A DNA stretch of 32,000 nucleotides from Candidatus Saccharimonadota bacterium (GTDB lineage Bacteria > Patescibacteriota > Saccharimonadia > Saccharimonadales > Saccharimonadaceae): assembly GCA_000503915.1 (NCBI GenBank), contig CP006915.1, positions 210,001 to 242,000 on the forward strand, given 5' to 3'. The notes beneath the pieces are model-generated. The model ran no database searches. It was not told where the DNA came from and saw nothing but the letters and a program-made list of their open reading frames with translations. Position 1 is the stretch's first letter. Each line of letters begins with the position of its first letter. Below are positions 8,141 through 17,024 of the stretch, piece after piece. Both the position numbers and the translations under genes were made by a program.

Positions 8141-8221
8141 GGCCCACTGATGCATGGAAACGGATTCGCTGTTGACACTAAGTCAGCCGAGTTAGTCCCA
8201 TCAGTGGGTCCGTTTTCATTT
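8141..8221 (+). terminator. Extended imperfect hairpin followed by a T-rich tract (terminator-like)
   Basis: 12-bp outer stem GGCCCACTGATG (8141-8152)/CATCAGTGGGTC (8199-8210) encloses further pairings GGATT/AGTCC and GCTG/CAGC. It is followed by CGTTTTCATTT. Confidence 0.4.
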
Positions 8222-8250
8222 GAAGCGTATAATTATAAGAGGAGGTAATT

Positions 8251-8883
8251 ATGATACTCACCAAGTACGAACACGCCTGTTTCACCCTAGAAAAATATGG
8301 TAAGTTATTGGTTATTGACCCTGGCGTATGGACAACCAATCTCGGTGCACCAGAAAATGTGGTCGCTATCGTGGTGACGCATGAACACCCCGACCATTTT
8401 GATCCGAACGCACTAGGCGCACTAATCGCGCACAATCCGGAAGCAAAGATTTACGCTCATGAATCGATTACGCAACAATTGGGCGACACTCTACCTACGC
8501 AAGCCGTCATGACTGGCAGCGGCATTAGCGCTGGGCCATTCCACCTCGAATTCTTTGGCGGTGAACACGCCACTATACACCCTGACCTCCCTGTTGTTGC
8601 CAATCTCGGCGTCATGATTGATGACACCGTTTATTACCCTGGCGATTCATTCACGAACCCCGGCAGGCCAGTCAAAGTGCTGGCACTTCCTGTCAGCGCG
8701 CCATGGTTAAAAGCCAGCGAAACGCTCGACTTTCTTACCACTATCAAGCCAGTAATTGCCTTTCCAACCCACGATGCCATATTGAGCGAAGTCGGCAAAA
8801 GCGTACCCGACCGCTATGCATCAATGTACGCCGAAAAAGTTGGCGCTCATTATGAGCGTTTAGTGAAACCTCTAGAAATTTAA
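8251..8883 (+). CDS. MBL-fold metallo-hydrolase
   Basis: Metal-binding motif VVTHEHPDHFD. Strong RBS AGGAGG (8240-8245) and TATAAT at 8228-8233. Confidence 0.8.
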   Translation: MILTKYEHACFTLEKYGKLLVIDPGVWTTNLGAPENVVAIVVTHEHPDHFDPNALGALIAHNPEAKIYAHESITQQLGDTLPTQAVMTGSGISAGPFHLEFFGGEHATIHPDLPVVANLGVMIDDTVYYPGDSFTNPGRPVKVLALPVSAPWLKASETLDFLTTIKPVIAFPTHDAILSEVGKSVPDRYASMYAEKVGAHYERLVKPLEI

Positions 8884-8906
8884 CTTTCTATTTTTGCAAA
8901 CTATAC

Positions 8907-8958
8907 TAGTTCTTTCAGCTGAAAGAGCTAGAGGCTTTCTTTTGACTAACAAAGAAAG
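8907..8958. terminator. Two adjacent hairpins between convergent genes (candidate bidirectional terminator)
   Basis: Palindrome TAGTTCTTTCAG/CTGAAAGAGCTA (8907-8930), then CTTTCTTT-8 nt-AAAGAAAG (8935-8958). T-rich CTTTCTTTT follows the first hairpin on the plus strand. Confidence 0.35.
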
Positions 8959-8964
8959 GGGAAG

Positions 8965-9342
8965 CTATTTAACGTTCCGTTTGAAACTGCCACGCACTTC
9001 ATCGGCCGTCTCTTTGGCGTCTTCAGCCACGCGGCCAGCTCGAACTTTGGCTTCTTCGCCGAGGCGTCCAGCCTCGTCACGCATAACAACACCAGAGTCG
9101 CGAGCGCTCTTGGCCATCCCTTTTGCTTCTTTTTCGACTTTACTCGCCCCGGACTTGACCGAAGCAGCACCCTCACGGGTCGCTTGTTTTACCTGCGCAG
9201 CCTTTACATCGGCCTTGGCTTTTGCCTCGGCCGCCTTTTTCTTTAAGTCTTCACGAGTTTCTTTGCCGCTCTTTGGCGCTACTAGAACGCCAGCAACAAA
9301 TCCGGCGATGGTTGCGGCGACTACTTTAAAAAATTTTCCCAT
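8965..9342 (-). CDS. YtxH-like general stress protein (125 aa)
   Basis: N-terminal anchor MGKFFKVVAATIAGFVAGVLVAPKSGKETREDLKKKA, then an Ala/Lys/Glu-rich coiled region. AAGGAG RBS sits before ATG 9342. The track start at 9360 is TTG inside the RBS. Confidence 0.7.
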   Translation of the reverse strand: MGKFFKVVAATIAGFVAGVLVAPKSGKETREDLKKKAAEAKAKADVKAAQVKQATREGAASVKSGASKVEKEAKGMAKSARDSGVVMRDEAGRLGEEAKVRAGRVAEDAKETADEVRGSFKRNVK

Positions 9343-9386
9343 TGGTTTATCTCCTTGCAAGTTATATATCTATTGTAGCATTACTT

Positions 9387-9962
9387 TTATAGAGGTAAAA
9401 GATGCTCTTTGTCGCGCACCAGCCGGATAACATACCATGAGAGCACCGTGAGACAGCATAGAATGGTAAATAAATGGCCTGGCACAAGGAGTGTGTGAAC
9501 CGTTGCGGCCGGAGCAACCGAGTATTTTTTGCCGACGACCGGATCATACCAGCTACGAAGGCTATGAATAGAAAGCGACGAGGCAAACGATAGACTATCG
9601 AGCCGCTTGACGGCTTCGGGAAGCGCGGGCGCTCTGTGCTGTAGGTACGGTGATATCGGCGTCGTTGGCTGGGCAACGCCACAAATGGTGATGAGCGTAT
9701 GTACGTTTTTATACTCAGCAGCAGCCAGTAACGCAACGGTAGCACCGGCACTTTCACCAATAATTGCCACCGGACCGTCCATCTTCTCAAGGATTTTTTT
9801 GACTCGTGCCATCTTCTCCTCAAGCGGCTTTCCATCGTACCAATTCATGGGTATGAGCTGTGCTCTCGCTCCAAAGATACGCCAAGACTTTAGGGCTACA
9901 CGACGAAGACCATCATGGCGACCGCCAAGTCCGGGGATATAAAGGATTGAGGTGGTTCTCAT
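9387..9962 (-). CDS. Alpha/beta-fold hydrolase (esterase/lipase-like)
   Basis: Nucleophile elbow G-E-S-A-G in VAIIGESAGATVALLAA. N-terminal ILYIPGLGG oxyanion-type strand. Confidence 0.65.
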   Translation of the reverse strand: MRTTSILYIPGLGGRHDGLRRVALKSWRIFGARAQLIPMNWYDGKPLEEKMARVKKILEKMDGPVAIIGESAGATVALLAAAEYKNVHTLITICGVAQPTTPISPYLQHRAPALPEAVKRLDSLSFASSLSIHSLRSWYDPVVGKKYSVAPAATVHTLLVPGHLFTILCCLTVLSWYVIRLVRDKEHLLPL

Positions 9963-9965
9963 CCG

Positions 9966-11273
9966 CTACGGCGTCAGGCGGTTAAGGTCACGCGGAAAGA
10001 GGGTCGCTTCTTTGACGTTCGCCAGGCCAATGGTTTTTTGAGCCAGTCGGTCGATCCCAAAACCACAGCCGCCGTGTTGCGGCAAGCCATATTTGAAAGC
10101 CTGCAAATAATATTTGAAGCCTTCGTGCGAAACATCGAGACCGGCATTTGTCATCTGCTCAATCATCTTCTCATAGTTGTTTTCGCGCAGTGGCACCGTG
10201 GCGATTTCGAGGCCGCGGAATAATAGGTCAGCCCAAGCCACCGTACCGCCCTCTTTAAACTTGTGGTAAAACTTGCCGGCTTCAGCCGGAAAATCAGTTG
10301 CATACACCAGGTCACTGCCAAGTTCCTTGCGCGCATAGTCGGCGATCCAACGCTCTTCGTCAGGAATCAAGTCCTTCTCGTTTGTCGTGTCGGTGCCGGT
10401 GCTTCGAGAATACATTTCGTGGATCTGGGCAATGGTGAATTTCGGCACTGCATCCGTCAACTTCAACTCGGGTGCATTGAAGCTTTTTAAGTCACCCGCG
10501 TAACTCTCATATATCTTCGTCAGCGCATACTTGGTCATTCCAGCCACCATATCCATAACTTCCTGGTGGCTCTCGACAAAGCCCATCTCAATATCAAGCA
10601 TGGTCAGCTCGGTTAAGTGACGCGTGGTGGCACTCGGTTCGGCGCGATAACTATGCCCGATTTCAAAGACCCGCTCGTAAGCCCCAACCATAATTTGCTT
10701 ATAGAACTGTGGACTTTGAGCAAGCGTCGCCGTCTTGCCAAAATAGTCAAGTTTGAAAACTTCGGCACCGCCCTCGGTCGGTTCGGCGAGAAGTTTTGGC
10801 GTGTCAATTTCCATAAATTCATTTTTGATCAAAAACTCGCGCAGTGCCTGCGTCAGTGCCGCCCGGATCTTGAATATCTTTTGCTCCTGCAGGTTGCGAA
10901 CATTGAGCACGCGGTACTCAAAGAGTGTATCGAGGTTTTCTGACTTATGCGAGATCGGCTTATCGACTTCGATCGGTGGCTCTTCCGTCACCGGACTCAT
11001 CACCTCGACGGTGACGTCGTGTAACTCTGCCCCACCGGGTGCACGCTCGTCGGCGACAACTACCCCGGTGAACTTTAGCACTGTACCAACCTGCATGCCA
11101 CGTAACTTTTCTAGTTCGTCTTTATCTTCGAGCAAGTTCTGGGCGATACCGGTACGGTCGCGTAGCGTCAAAAAGTTGAGGCCGCCGAGCAGGCGCTTTT
11201 TGTGCAGCCAACCTTCGATCGTTACCGTTTGGTCGATATATTGAGGAAGCTCTCTGATTAATGTTCTTTTCAT
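9966..11273 (-). CDS. aspS: Aspartate--tRNA ligase, archaeal/eukaryotic-type class IIb (435 aa)
   Basis: OB-fold N-terminus (VTIEGWLHKKRLLGGLNFLTLRDRTG), class II motifs, and the C-terminal YGLPQHGGCGFGIDRL ... LFPRDLNRLTP typical of short archaeal-type AspRS. Confidence 0.85.
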   Translation of the reverse strand: MKRTLIRELPQYIDQTVTIEGWLHKKRLLGGLNFLTLRDRTGIAQNLLEDKDELEKLRGMQVGTVLKFTGVVVADERAPGGAELHDVTVEVMSPVTEEPPIEVDKPISHKSENLDTLFEYRVLNVRNLQEQKIFKIRAALTQALREFLIKNEFMEIDTPKLLAEPTEGGAEVFKLDYFGKTATLAQSPQFYKQIMVGAYERVFEIGHSYRAEPSATTRHLTELTMLDIEMGFVESHQEVMDMVAGMTKYALTKIYESYAGDLKSFNAPELKLTDAVPKFTIAQIHEMYSRSTGTDTTNEKDLIPDEERWIADYARKELGSDLVYATDFPAEAGKFYHKFKEGGTVAWADLLFRGLEIATVPLRENNYEKMIEQMTNAGLDVSHEGFKYYLQAFKYGLPQHGGCGFGIDRLAQKTIGLANVKEATLFPRDLNRLTP

Positions 11274-11343
11274 ACTCGTTCATTATATCACTACTGAGCC
11301 GCTACCTTCGTGAAGGGATGGGGCTTTGTTATACTATAATCAT

Positions 11344-13926
11344 ATGCTTTTTTACACAAAAACGATCAACCAGTGCCTCACTGAACTCAACTCAGATGTC
11401 GTCCATGGCTTAGCCGCAACGAGCATAAGCGAGCGCCAAGCCGAATACGGCCGTAATGAGATCATCGTCAAGGGCGAACCGCTCTGGCGAAAAATCCTTG
11501 AACCGTTCGCAAACATCTTTATGTTTGTCCTGTTTATTGCCACTGCTGTCAGCTTGTTCCAGCGCTCCTACATAGAGGCTAGTTTGATCGCAGCGATCAT
11601 GATGGTCAGTGCAACCATCTACTACATCCAGCGCATCTCGACCGAACGTATTCTTCGGTCGCTGCAAAAAAAGGACGCGCATATCGTCGACGTGATCCGC
11701 GACGGCACAACGCAGCAAGTTGATGCTTCCGACCTGGTGCCGGGCGACATTCTCCTTATTGAGGAAGGCGAAAAAATCCCTGCCGATAGTCGACTCCTGA
11801 GTGTCAGCTCATTTCGGGTGGACGAATCGCAGCTTACCGGGGAATCATTGCCGATCGAAAAGCAGACAGAGGAACTGCCGGACAATAAAGAAGTATACGA
11901 GCAGTCAAATATGATCTTTCAAGGATCATTCGTGGTTGGCGGTCAAGCAACCGCTTTAGTTATCGCTACTGGTAATGATACCGAGTTTGGCAAACTAGCG
12001 GGGCTAACCGCCGGCGCGAGTGAACAAAGCCCCGTACAGAAAAAGATTGACCGTCTCATCAGCATCATTATCCGTGTTATCGGCGCTATCGCCGTTGTTG
12101 CATTTTCGCTTGCACTCTATCGAGGTATGGAATTTAGTGAAGCTATACGGTACGTCCTCGCCCTGTCGGTCAGTGCAATTCCGGAAAGCCTACCTATCGC
12201 TACCGCGGTAGTGCTAGTGCTTGGGATGCGACGAATGGCACGAAAAAACGCCCTCGTAAAGACGATGCGAGCAATCGAGAGTGTCGGAATCCTTACCGTC
12301 ATTGCAACTGATAAAACCGGCACGTTAACAAAGAATAAGTTGACCGTCCAAGACATATGGAACTTCCACGATAAAACCACTGCGACCGACCAAGCCGTAC
12401 TCCGCACTATCACGCAGTCTAAGTCAAAAACACACGACCCGCTCGATAGTGCGATGTACGAATACGTGGGTGAGCAAAGGACTCCAGAAACACCACTATT
12501 TACGCTACCCTTTGATCAAACGGCAGCAATGAGTGGCAACCTCTACGAAAAAAAGGAGACGTACGAACTTTGGGTTAAAGGAGCGCCTGAAAAGATCTTG
12601 GACGCCTGCGCTCTCAGCGCGGCAGCCCATGCTGAGGCTTATAGCCAGCTTCACCGCTTTGCTTCGAATGGCTTCAGAGTCATCGGCCTTGCCCACACCA
12701 CTCTAGAACAACCGATCGAGTCATTTGAAGATTTACCAAAAAGCGTACGTTTTGAATTCGACGGCTTCATCGCTGTAGCTGACATCCTGAGGCCTGAGGC
12801 AAAGCGAGCTATCAACACAGCAATGCGCGCCGGCATCCAAGTCTACATGATTACCGGCGACCACTTCGATACAGCGCTGCACATCGGAAAAGAGCTCGGC
12901 ATTATAGAACGCCAAGATCAGGTATTCGACAGTCGTAAAATGACGGCAATGAGTGATGATGAATTGAAAGCGGCGATAACAGACATACGAGTATTTTCTC
13001 GAGTGGTGCCGGAAAATAAGTATCGTATCCTCGAGATATTGAAAAAAGATAATATCACCGCCATGACCGGTGATGGCGTCAATGATGTACCGGCTCTTGT
13101 CAGTGCCAACGTCGGTGTTGCTATGGGAAGTGGATCAAGTATCGCCAAGGATGCCGGTGACATTATTCTTCTCGACGATAACTTCAGATCTATTGTTAAT
13201 GCAGTCCATGAGGGGCGAACCGTCTACGCCAATATCAAGCGTATGGTCGCCTACTTACTTTCAACCAATACGGGGGAAGTGCTCGTCGCATTTGGAGCAC
13301 TCCTTCTTGGTGTACCCGTACCGCTCGTCGCCGTACAGATTCTGTGGGTAAATCTTGTCACCGACTCGAGCATGGTAATCCCGCTGGGACTTGAACCCGG
13401 CGAAAGGCACAATATGAACGTGCGGCCACAAGCCGCCAACGCTCCCCTCTTTAGTAAATTTATGTTATCAAGAATTGCGCTGGTTGCCGGCGTGATGGCC
13501 GTTACAACAATACTGATTTACCTCGTAAGCCTTCGTCTATTTGAACAAGAATACGCTCGTACGCTTGCCTTCCACGCTCTGGTGGTGATGCAATGGGCAA
13601 GCGCGCTTAACTACCGTAGTGACTACGAGTCAATCTTTCGTCGCATACGTCGCATAAGCCTGCCTTTTTATATCGGCCTGCTGGCGGCAATTACCCTCCA
13701 GGCGATGGCACTATGGACGCCTCTAGGCAACCTGCTACACGTAGCCCCGGTTTCCCTTGAGCATATTCTGATCGTTACCTTCATCGCGTTCGTATTTCCA
13801 ATCGTAATCATTGAAGCCCATAAATGGACTGGCCGACGATACTTCAATAAAGGCCACGTGAATGCAGAGAAAATACGACGGCGCTGGTATCGTCGTCAGC
13901 GTAAGCTTACCCAGCCCGACAACTAG
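11344..13926 (+). CDS. P2-type cation-transporting ATPase (Ca2+/Mg2+-ATPase-like)
   Basis: TGES (LTGESLP), phosphorylation site DKTGTLT, IPESLP, and hinge TGDGVNDVPAL, with 10 predicted TM. ATG 11344 follows TATACTATAAT (11330-11340). The track start is TTG 11326. Confidence 0.9.
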   Translation: MLFYTKTINQCLTELNSDVVHGLAATSISERQAEYGRNEIIVKGEPLWRKILEPFANIFMFVLFIATAVSLFQRSYIEASLIAAIMMVSATIYYIQRISTERILRSLQKKDAHIVDVIRDGTTQQVDASDLVPGDILLIEEGEKIPADSRLLSVSSFRVDESQLTGESLPIEKQTEELPDNKEVYEQSNMIFQGSFVVGGQATALVIATGNDTEFGKLAGLTAGASEQSPVQKKIDRLISIIIRVIGAIAVVAFSLALYRGMEFSEAIRYVLALSVSAIPESLPIATAVVLVLGMRRMARKNALVKTMRAIESVGILTVIATDKTGTLTKNKLTVQDIWNFHDKTTATDQAVLRTITQSKSKTHDPLDSAMYEYVGEQRTPETPLFTLPFDQTAAMSGNLYEKKETYELWVKGAPEKILDACALSAAAHAEAYSQLHRFASNGFRVIGLAHTTLEQPIESFEDLPKSVRFEFDGFIAVADILRPEAKRAINTAMRAGIQVYMITGDHFDTALHIGKELGIIERQDQVFDSRKMTAMSDDELKAAITDIRVFSRVVPENKYRILEILKKDNITAMTGDGVNDVPALVSANVGVAMGSGSSIAKDAGDIILLDDNFRSIVNAVHEGRTVYANIKRMVAYLLSTNTGEVLVAFGALLLGVPVPLVAVQILWVNLVTDSSMVIPLGLEPGERHNMNVRPQAANAPLFSKFMLSRIALVAGVMAVTTILIYLVSLRLFEQEYARTLAFHALVVMQWASALNYRSDYESIFRRIRRISLPFYIGLLAAITLQAMALWTPLGNLLHVAPVSLEHILIVTFIAFVFPIVIIEAHKWTGRRYFNKGHVNAEKIRRRWYRRQRKLTQPDN

Positions 13927-14903
13927 CGTCGATCGGTCGCAGCGCTTTGGTCGTTAGACTCGTAGTGCTGGTGTGTCAATCGGTAGCCAAACAGCGCCTT
14001 GATGATGTCACCAAGCGTCAACAAACCGGCCGTTTTGCCCTCGTCATCGGCCACAATCAGCACATGACGGTGCGCCTCCAGCAAAATACTGAGCGCTTCA
14101 ACCAGCGATCTATCCTGATGGATATACAGTACACGCTTGTCCATCGCCGTTTCGACGAGCGCGGTGTGCTTGCGTGATGTATCGATCGTCAGTACATCGG
14201 CAAGATACAGCACACCGACGACTTGGTCAATAGTGCCATAGGTAACAGGAAAACAGCTATGGCCAGTCTTATGGAGGCCGTCAAGCACCAGCGGACCTAA
14301 GATTTCGCTTTTTTTGACGGTCTCGATTAGCGGACGAAGCGTCATTGAGTCTTTTACCCGTTTTTCCGTGAAGCGAATACTGTGGAGCAGCGTCGTCTTC
14401 TCCTCCGCCGTAAACGCATCATGCGATGTCTCGACTAGGTGTTCGAGCTCAGCCTTGGAGTGAAGCGGCGGCATTAGTAGTTCGGGTACGGGAAGGCGTA
14501 GCCACCACAGCACTTTCTGATGCCGAGCTATAAAGCCCAATAGGCCTGCTTCCGCCTTACGATACACTTGACGAACGCGTTTTTGTATAAGCGTTGTCCG
14601 AGCGAGGAGTCCAGCAACTGGCAACGTAGCTACTCCTACCAAGACACCAACTATCCAGCCAAATAAAGTAATTGCGATCAGTAATACCGCGATGAGTAGC
14701 AGCGAATCAACAAGACGAGCCAGAGAGATGATGTCTTTCCAAAAGCGTAGCCGGCGGCGGCGACGTTTTGCCCACTCATCGCCTATCTCGGCCAAGCGCT
14801 GAAGCTCAAAGCGACTTTTACTCGGTACCGGCGGCACGATCGCCACCATGGCTACCCGTAAGGCGACAAACAACAAAAGTGTGAGCAGAAGTACCGTATC
14901 CAT
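13923..14903 (-). CDS. CNNM/HlyC-CorC-like membrane protein with CBS-domain pair
   Basis: N-terminal TM region plus a C-terminal tandem CBS-like region (VVGVLYLADVL ... HVLIVADDEGKTAGLLTLGDIIKALFG). ATG 14903 lies 9 nt after TACAAT (14918..14913). The track start is GTG 14912. The stop overlaps the ATPase stop by 4 nt. Confidence 0.65.
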   Translation of the reverse strand: MDTVLLLTLLLFVALRVAMVAIVPPVPSKSRFELQRLAEIGDEWAKRRRRRLRFWKDIISLARLVDSLLLIAVLLIAITLFGWIVGVLVGVATLPVAGLLARTTLIQKRVRQVYRKAEAGLLGFIARHQKVLWWLRLPVPELLMPPLHSKAELEHLVETSHDAFTAEEKTTLLHSIRFTEKRVKDSMTLRPLIETVKKSEILGPLVLDGLHKTGHSCFPVTYGTIDQVVGVLYLADVLTIDTSRKHTALVETAMDKRVLYIHQDRSLVEALSILLEAHRHVLIVADDEGKTAGLLTLGDIIKALFGYRLTHQHYESNDQSAATDRR

Positions 14904-14930
14904 CCTGTCCACATTGTAGCGCAGACTGGC

Positions 14931-14960
14931 TTGTGAAGACAGCCCGTCACGGCGTATACT
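14931..14960 (+). promoter_or_regulatory. Sigma70-like promoter for the DsbA-like gene
   Basis: TTGTGA (14931-14936), 18 nt, TATACT (14955-14960). AAGGAGG RBS at 14977-14983, ATG at 14993. Confidence 0.35.
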
Positions 14961-14992
14961 AGGTAGGAATGAGAATAAGGAGGTACAGATAA

Positions 14993-15700
14993 ATGAGCAC
15001 GAAAGCGTGGATTATTTTCGTGGCAGTTTGCGTCGTGTTATTTGGTGGTTTAGTGGTTTGGTCACAAAAGGATCGGGCTGACGTCTCGAAGATCGATACG
15101 AGCGCCATTCAACCGGCTCGTGACGTCTCGGGCAACATCGGCGACCATATCTTTGGCAATAAAGACGCCAAAGTGGTGATTATCGAATACGGCGACTATC
15201 AGTGCCCTGGCTGTGCTTCCCTGTATCCCAATATGACGACAGCGACTGAAAAGTATAAAGACTACATCGCCTTTATTTTCCGTAATTTTCCCCTGACAAA
15301 CGCACACCCGAATGCTCGTGCTGCTGCAGCTGCTGCCGAAGCCGCCGGTTTCGAGGGTAAATACTGGGAGATGTACAGCCTGCTCTACGAAAACCAGGAT
15401 GAGTGGTCGGGTAGCTCCACCTCAGAGCGCGCTTCGATATTCAAGCGCTATGCACAAACCATTGGTATCGATAGTAGCAAGTTCGAGGAAACACTCACCG
15501 ATAAGAGTAGTGTCATCAACCAAAAGATCAGCTTCGACCAAGCGCTTGGCGCCAAAGATAAGGTAGATGGTACGCCAACTGTCTATATGAACGGCAAGAA
15601 GATGGACAGCAACAACTTCCCGAGCGCCGAAAAGCTGGAAGCTGCCATCAAGGCAGAACTCGATGCCCAAGGAGTCAAGGTAGCCGATAACAACGAGTAG
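14993..15700 (+). CDS. Membrane-anchored DsbA-family thiol:disulfide oxidoreductase
   Basis: N-terminal TM helix and thioredoxin-fold active site YQCPGCASL. Strong RBS. Confidence 0.8.
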   Translation: MSTKAWIIFVAVCVVLFGGLVVWSQKDRADVSKIDTSAIQPARDVSGNIGDHIFGNKDAKVVIIEYGDYQCPGCASLYPNMTTATEKYKDYIAFIFRNFPLTNAHPNARAAAAAAEAAGFEGKYWEMYSLLYENQDEWSGSSTSERASIFKRYAQTIGIDSSKFEETLTDKSSVINQKISFDQALGAKDKVDGTPTVYMNGKKMDSNNFPSAEKLEAAIKAELDAQGVKVADNNE

Positions 15701-15714
15701 CCTTGGCGGTCAAT

Positions 15715-15753
15715 AAAAAATCACCCCGGTGCCTTGGGGTGATTTTCGTTTTT
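15715..15753 (+). terminator. Rho-independent terminator, bidirectional (A-tract / hairpin / T-tract)
   Basis: AAAATCACCCC (15717-15727), loop GGTGCCTT, GGGGTGATTTT (15736-15746), then CGTTTTT. An A-run upstream allows function on the minus strand too. Confidence 0.75.
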
Positions 15754-15797
15754 AGGGGATGTAGGAAGCGGGGGCCTCCTACGAGTCGAGTAGTCTT

Positions 15798-15890
15798 TTA
15801 CTGCTCAATATACTTTTGCCATTCGGCAGGCACCACATCCACTGCGATCTTTTTGCTCCGCGAGGGGGCAAAATCGATTGCGATTGGCAT
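15798..15890 (-). CDS. Candidate small ORF (30 aa: MPIAIDFAPSRSKKIAVDVVPAEWQKYIEQ)
   Basis: ATG 15890 lies 10 nt after AAGGAG (15906..15901), with stop TAA at 15800..15798. Its own promoter is upstream and the bidirectional terminator is downstream. It is below the ORF-track cutoff. Confidence 0.3.
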   Translation of the reverse strand: MPIAIDFAPSRSKKIAVDVVPAEWQKYIEQ

Positions 15891-15971
15891 GTAGTTTATG
15901 CTCCTTGTGTCGGCGCTTTATCATGTAAATGTTCGCATGTTTGTTGGTTGCGCTCGAGAGACACAAAGATT

Positions 15972-16000
15972 ATCTTAGCAAAAATACCCTAGGCAGTCAA
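15972..16000 (-). promoter_or_regulatory. Sigma70-like promoter of the small transcription unit downstream of corA
   Basis: Minus strand: TTGACT (16000..15995), 17 nt, TAAGAT (15977..15972). Confidence 0.35.
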
Positions 16001-16055
16001 GACGCGTCCCATAAGCACTCCCTCTATCAACAGGGGTGATAGCATATTTTCATAG

Positions 16056-16988
16056 TTAAAAGATTTTTAGTCGTTTAGCGATAACATACACCAGTACGGT
16101 CATGACGATCGCTGTTCCAATAATCACCCCATAGCCCCACGATTCATGCGCATACGGCAAGCTAACGTTCATGCCATACATACCAAAGAAAACATTTGGT
16201 AAGGTAATCAATACCGTAATGACCGTCAGGGTTTTCATGCGTTGGTTTAAGGTATTGTTTGCCACCGTACTGTAGGCGTTACGGATACTGGCGACGCTCT
16301 GGGCGTAGCTTTCGATTGAAACGAGTAGCTGCTGGATATGCAGCGCAATATCATCGAGTGCCTCCAGACTACCCGCCACAAAAGTGTCGTGACTGTTTTC
16401 ATGCAACCGACGCGTCACCACTAGGATTGCCTCCAGGTTCATACGACACAGATTTAAGTTAGACTCTACGGTCACGAAGTGGATAAAATCATGGTTGGTA
16501 ATCTCGTGTGTCTTGAGACGGTTGGCGGTATCAGCAATACTGCGCGAGGTATGTTGTAGCATCTCCTCAAACTTTGCAACACTAGCAGCCATCACCCCTA
16601 GCAGCAAGGTCTGGGTATGGCCAGTTGTGATCGGTAGTGTCGAGAGCGCAACCGTTTCTGGCTCCAGGGTCTCACCGATAGAAAGTGTCAAAAAGAAACC
16701 ATCGTGCAGCACACAGAGCAGTGGCAAAGCACTCACCCGCCCTGATTTGGCAAGACGCGGTGTACGAAGAAAGACATAAAGATCAGAGCCGGAAAACTCG
16801 AGTCGCGGTAACTCCCCTTTATCGCGTACGTCATAGACGATATTGGCGTTCAGTTCGTAAGTCGCGATGAGTGAATTTATTTCCTGATCACTCAAATTTG
16901 ACCCGTCGACCCACACCCCGCTTTTTAATGGCGTCGTGATTCGTTCAAAATCCTCACCCGGTGAGCGCTTGGCATAATACGCTAACAT
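16056..16988 (-). CDS. corA: CorA-family magnesium/cobalt transporter
   Basis: C-terminal two-TM region with the signature FGMYGMNV (GMN motif) and a cytoplasmic N-terminal domain of typical length. Confidence 0.85.
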   Translation of the reverse strand: MLAYYAKRSPGEDFERITTPLKSGVWVDGSNLSDQEINSLIATYELNANIVYDVRDKGELPRLEFSGSDLYVFLRTPRLAKSGRVSALPLLCVLHDGFFLTLSIGETLEPETVALSTLPITTGHTQTLLLGVMAASVAKFEEMLQHTSRSIADTANRLKTHEITNHDFIHFVTVESNLNLCRMNLEAILVVTRRLHENSHDTFVAGSLEALDDIALHIQQLLVSIESYAQSVASIRNAYSTVANNTLNQRMKTLTVITVLITLPNVFFGMYGMNVSLPYAHESWGYGVIIGTAIVMTVLVYVIAKRLKIF

Positions 16989-17024
16989 ATCAATCTAGAG
17001 TATAGCGTATTCAACTTATGTTTA

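Noticed and set aside
8125-8146. CCCGGGTTCGATAAGGGCCC looks like a tRNA T-arm or att-site remnant.
   Set aside because: The flanks cannot form a 5-bp T stem or the rest of a cloverleaf. It spans the stop codon of the small ORF and the foot of the long hairpin.
8172-8177. A perfect TTGACA hexamer inside the long hairpin.
   Set aside because: There is no acceptable -10 element 16-19 nt downstream, and the TATAAT at 8228 is 50 nt away.
8894-9430. 178-aa plus-strand ORF rich in Ser/Ala/Arg/Thr.
   Set aside because: It is the antisense shadow of the well-supported YtxH-like gene (8965..9342). It is low-complexity, has no RBS, and its composition is typical of a wrong-strand frame.
15703-15894. 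63-aa plus-strand ORF in the dsbA-corA gap.
   Set aside because: It has a TTG start with no RBS, runs straight through the strong terminator hairpin, and has Cys/Arg/Phe-rich composition. The minus-strand mini-unit fits the signals better.
16989-17024. Looked for an M-box or other riboswitch leader upstream of corA.
   Set aside because: Only 36 bp separate corA from the MFS stop, which is too short for any known riboswitch. It contains only a TATACT box.
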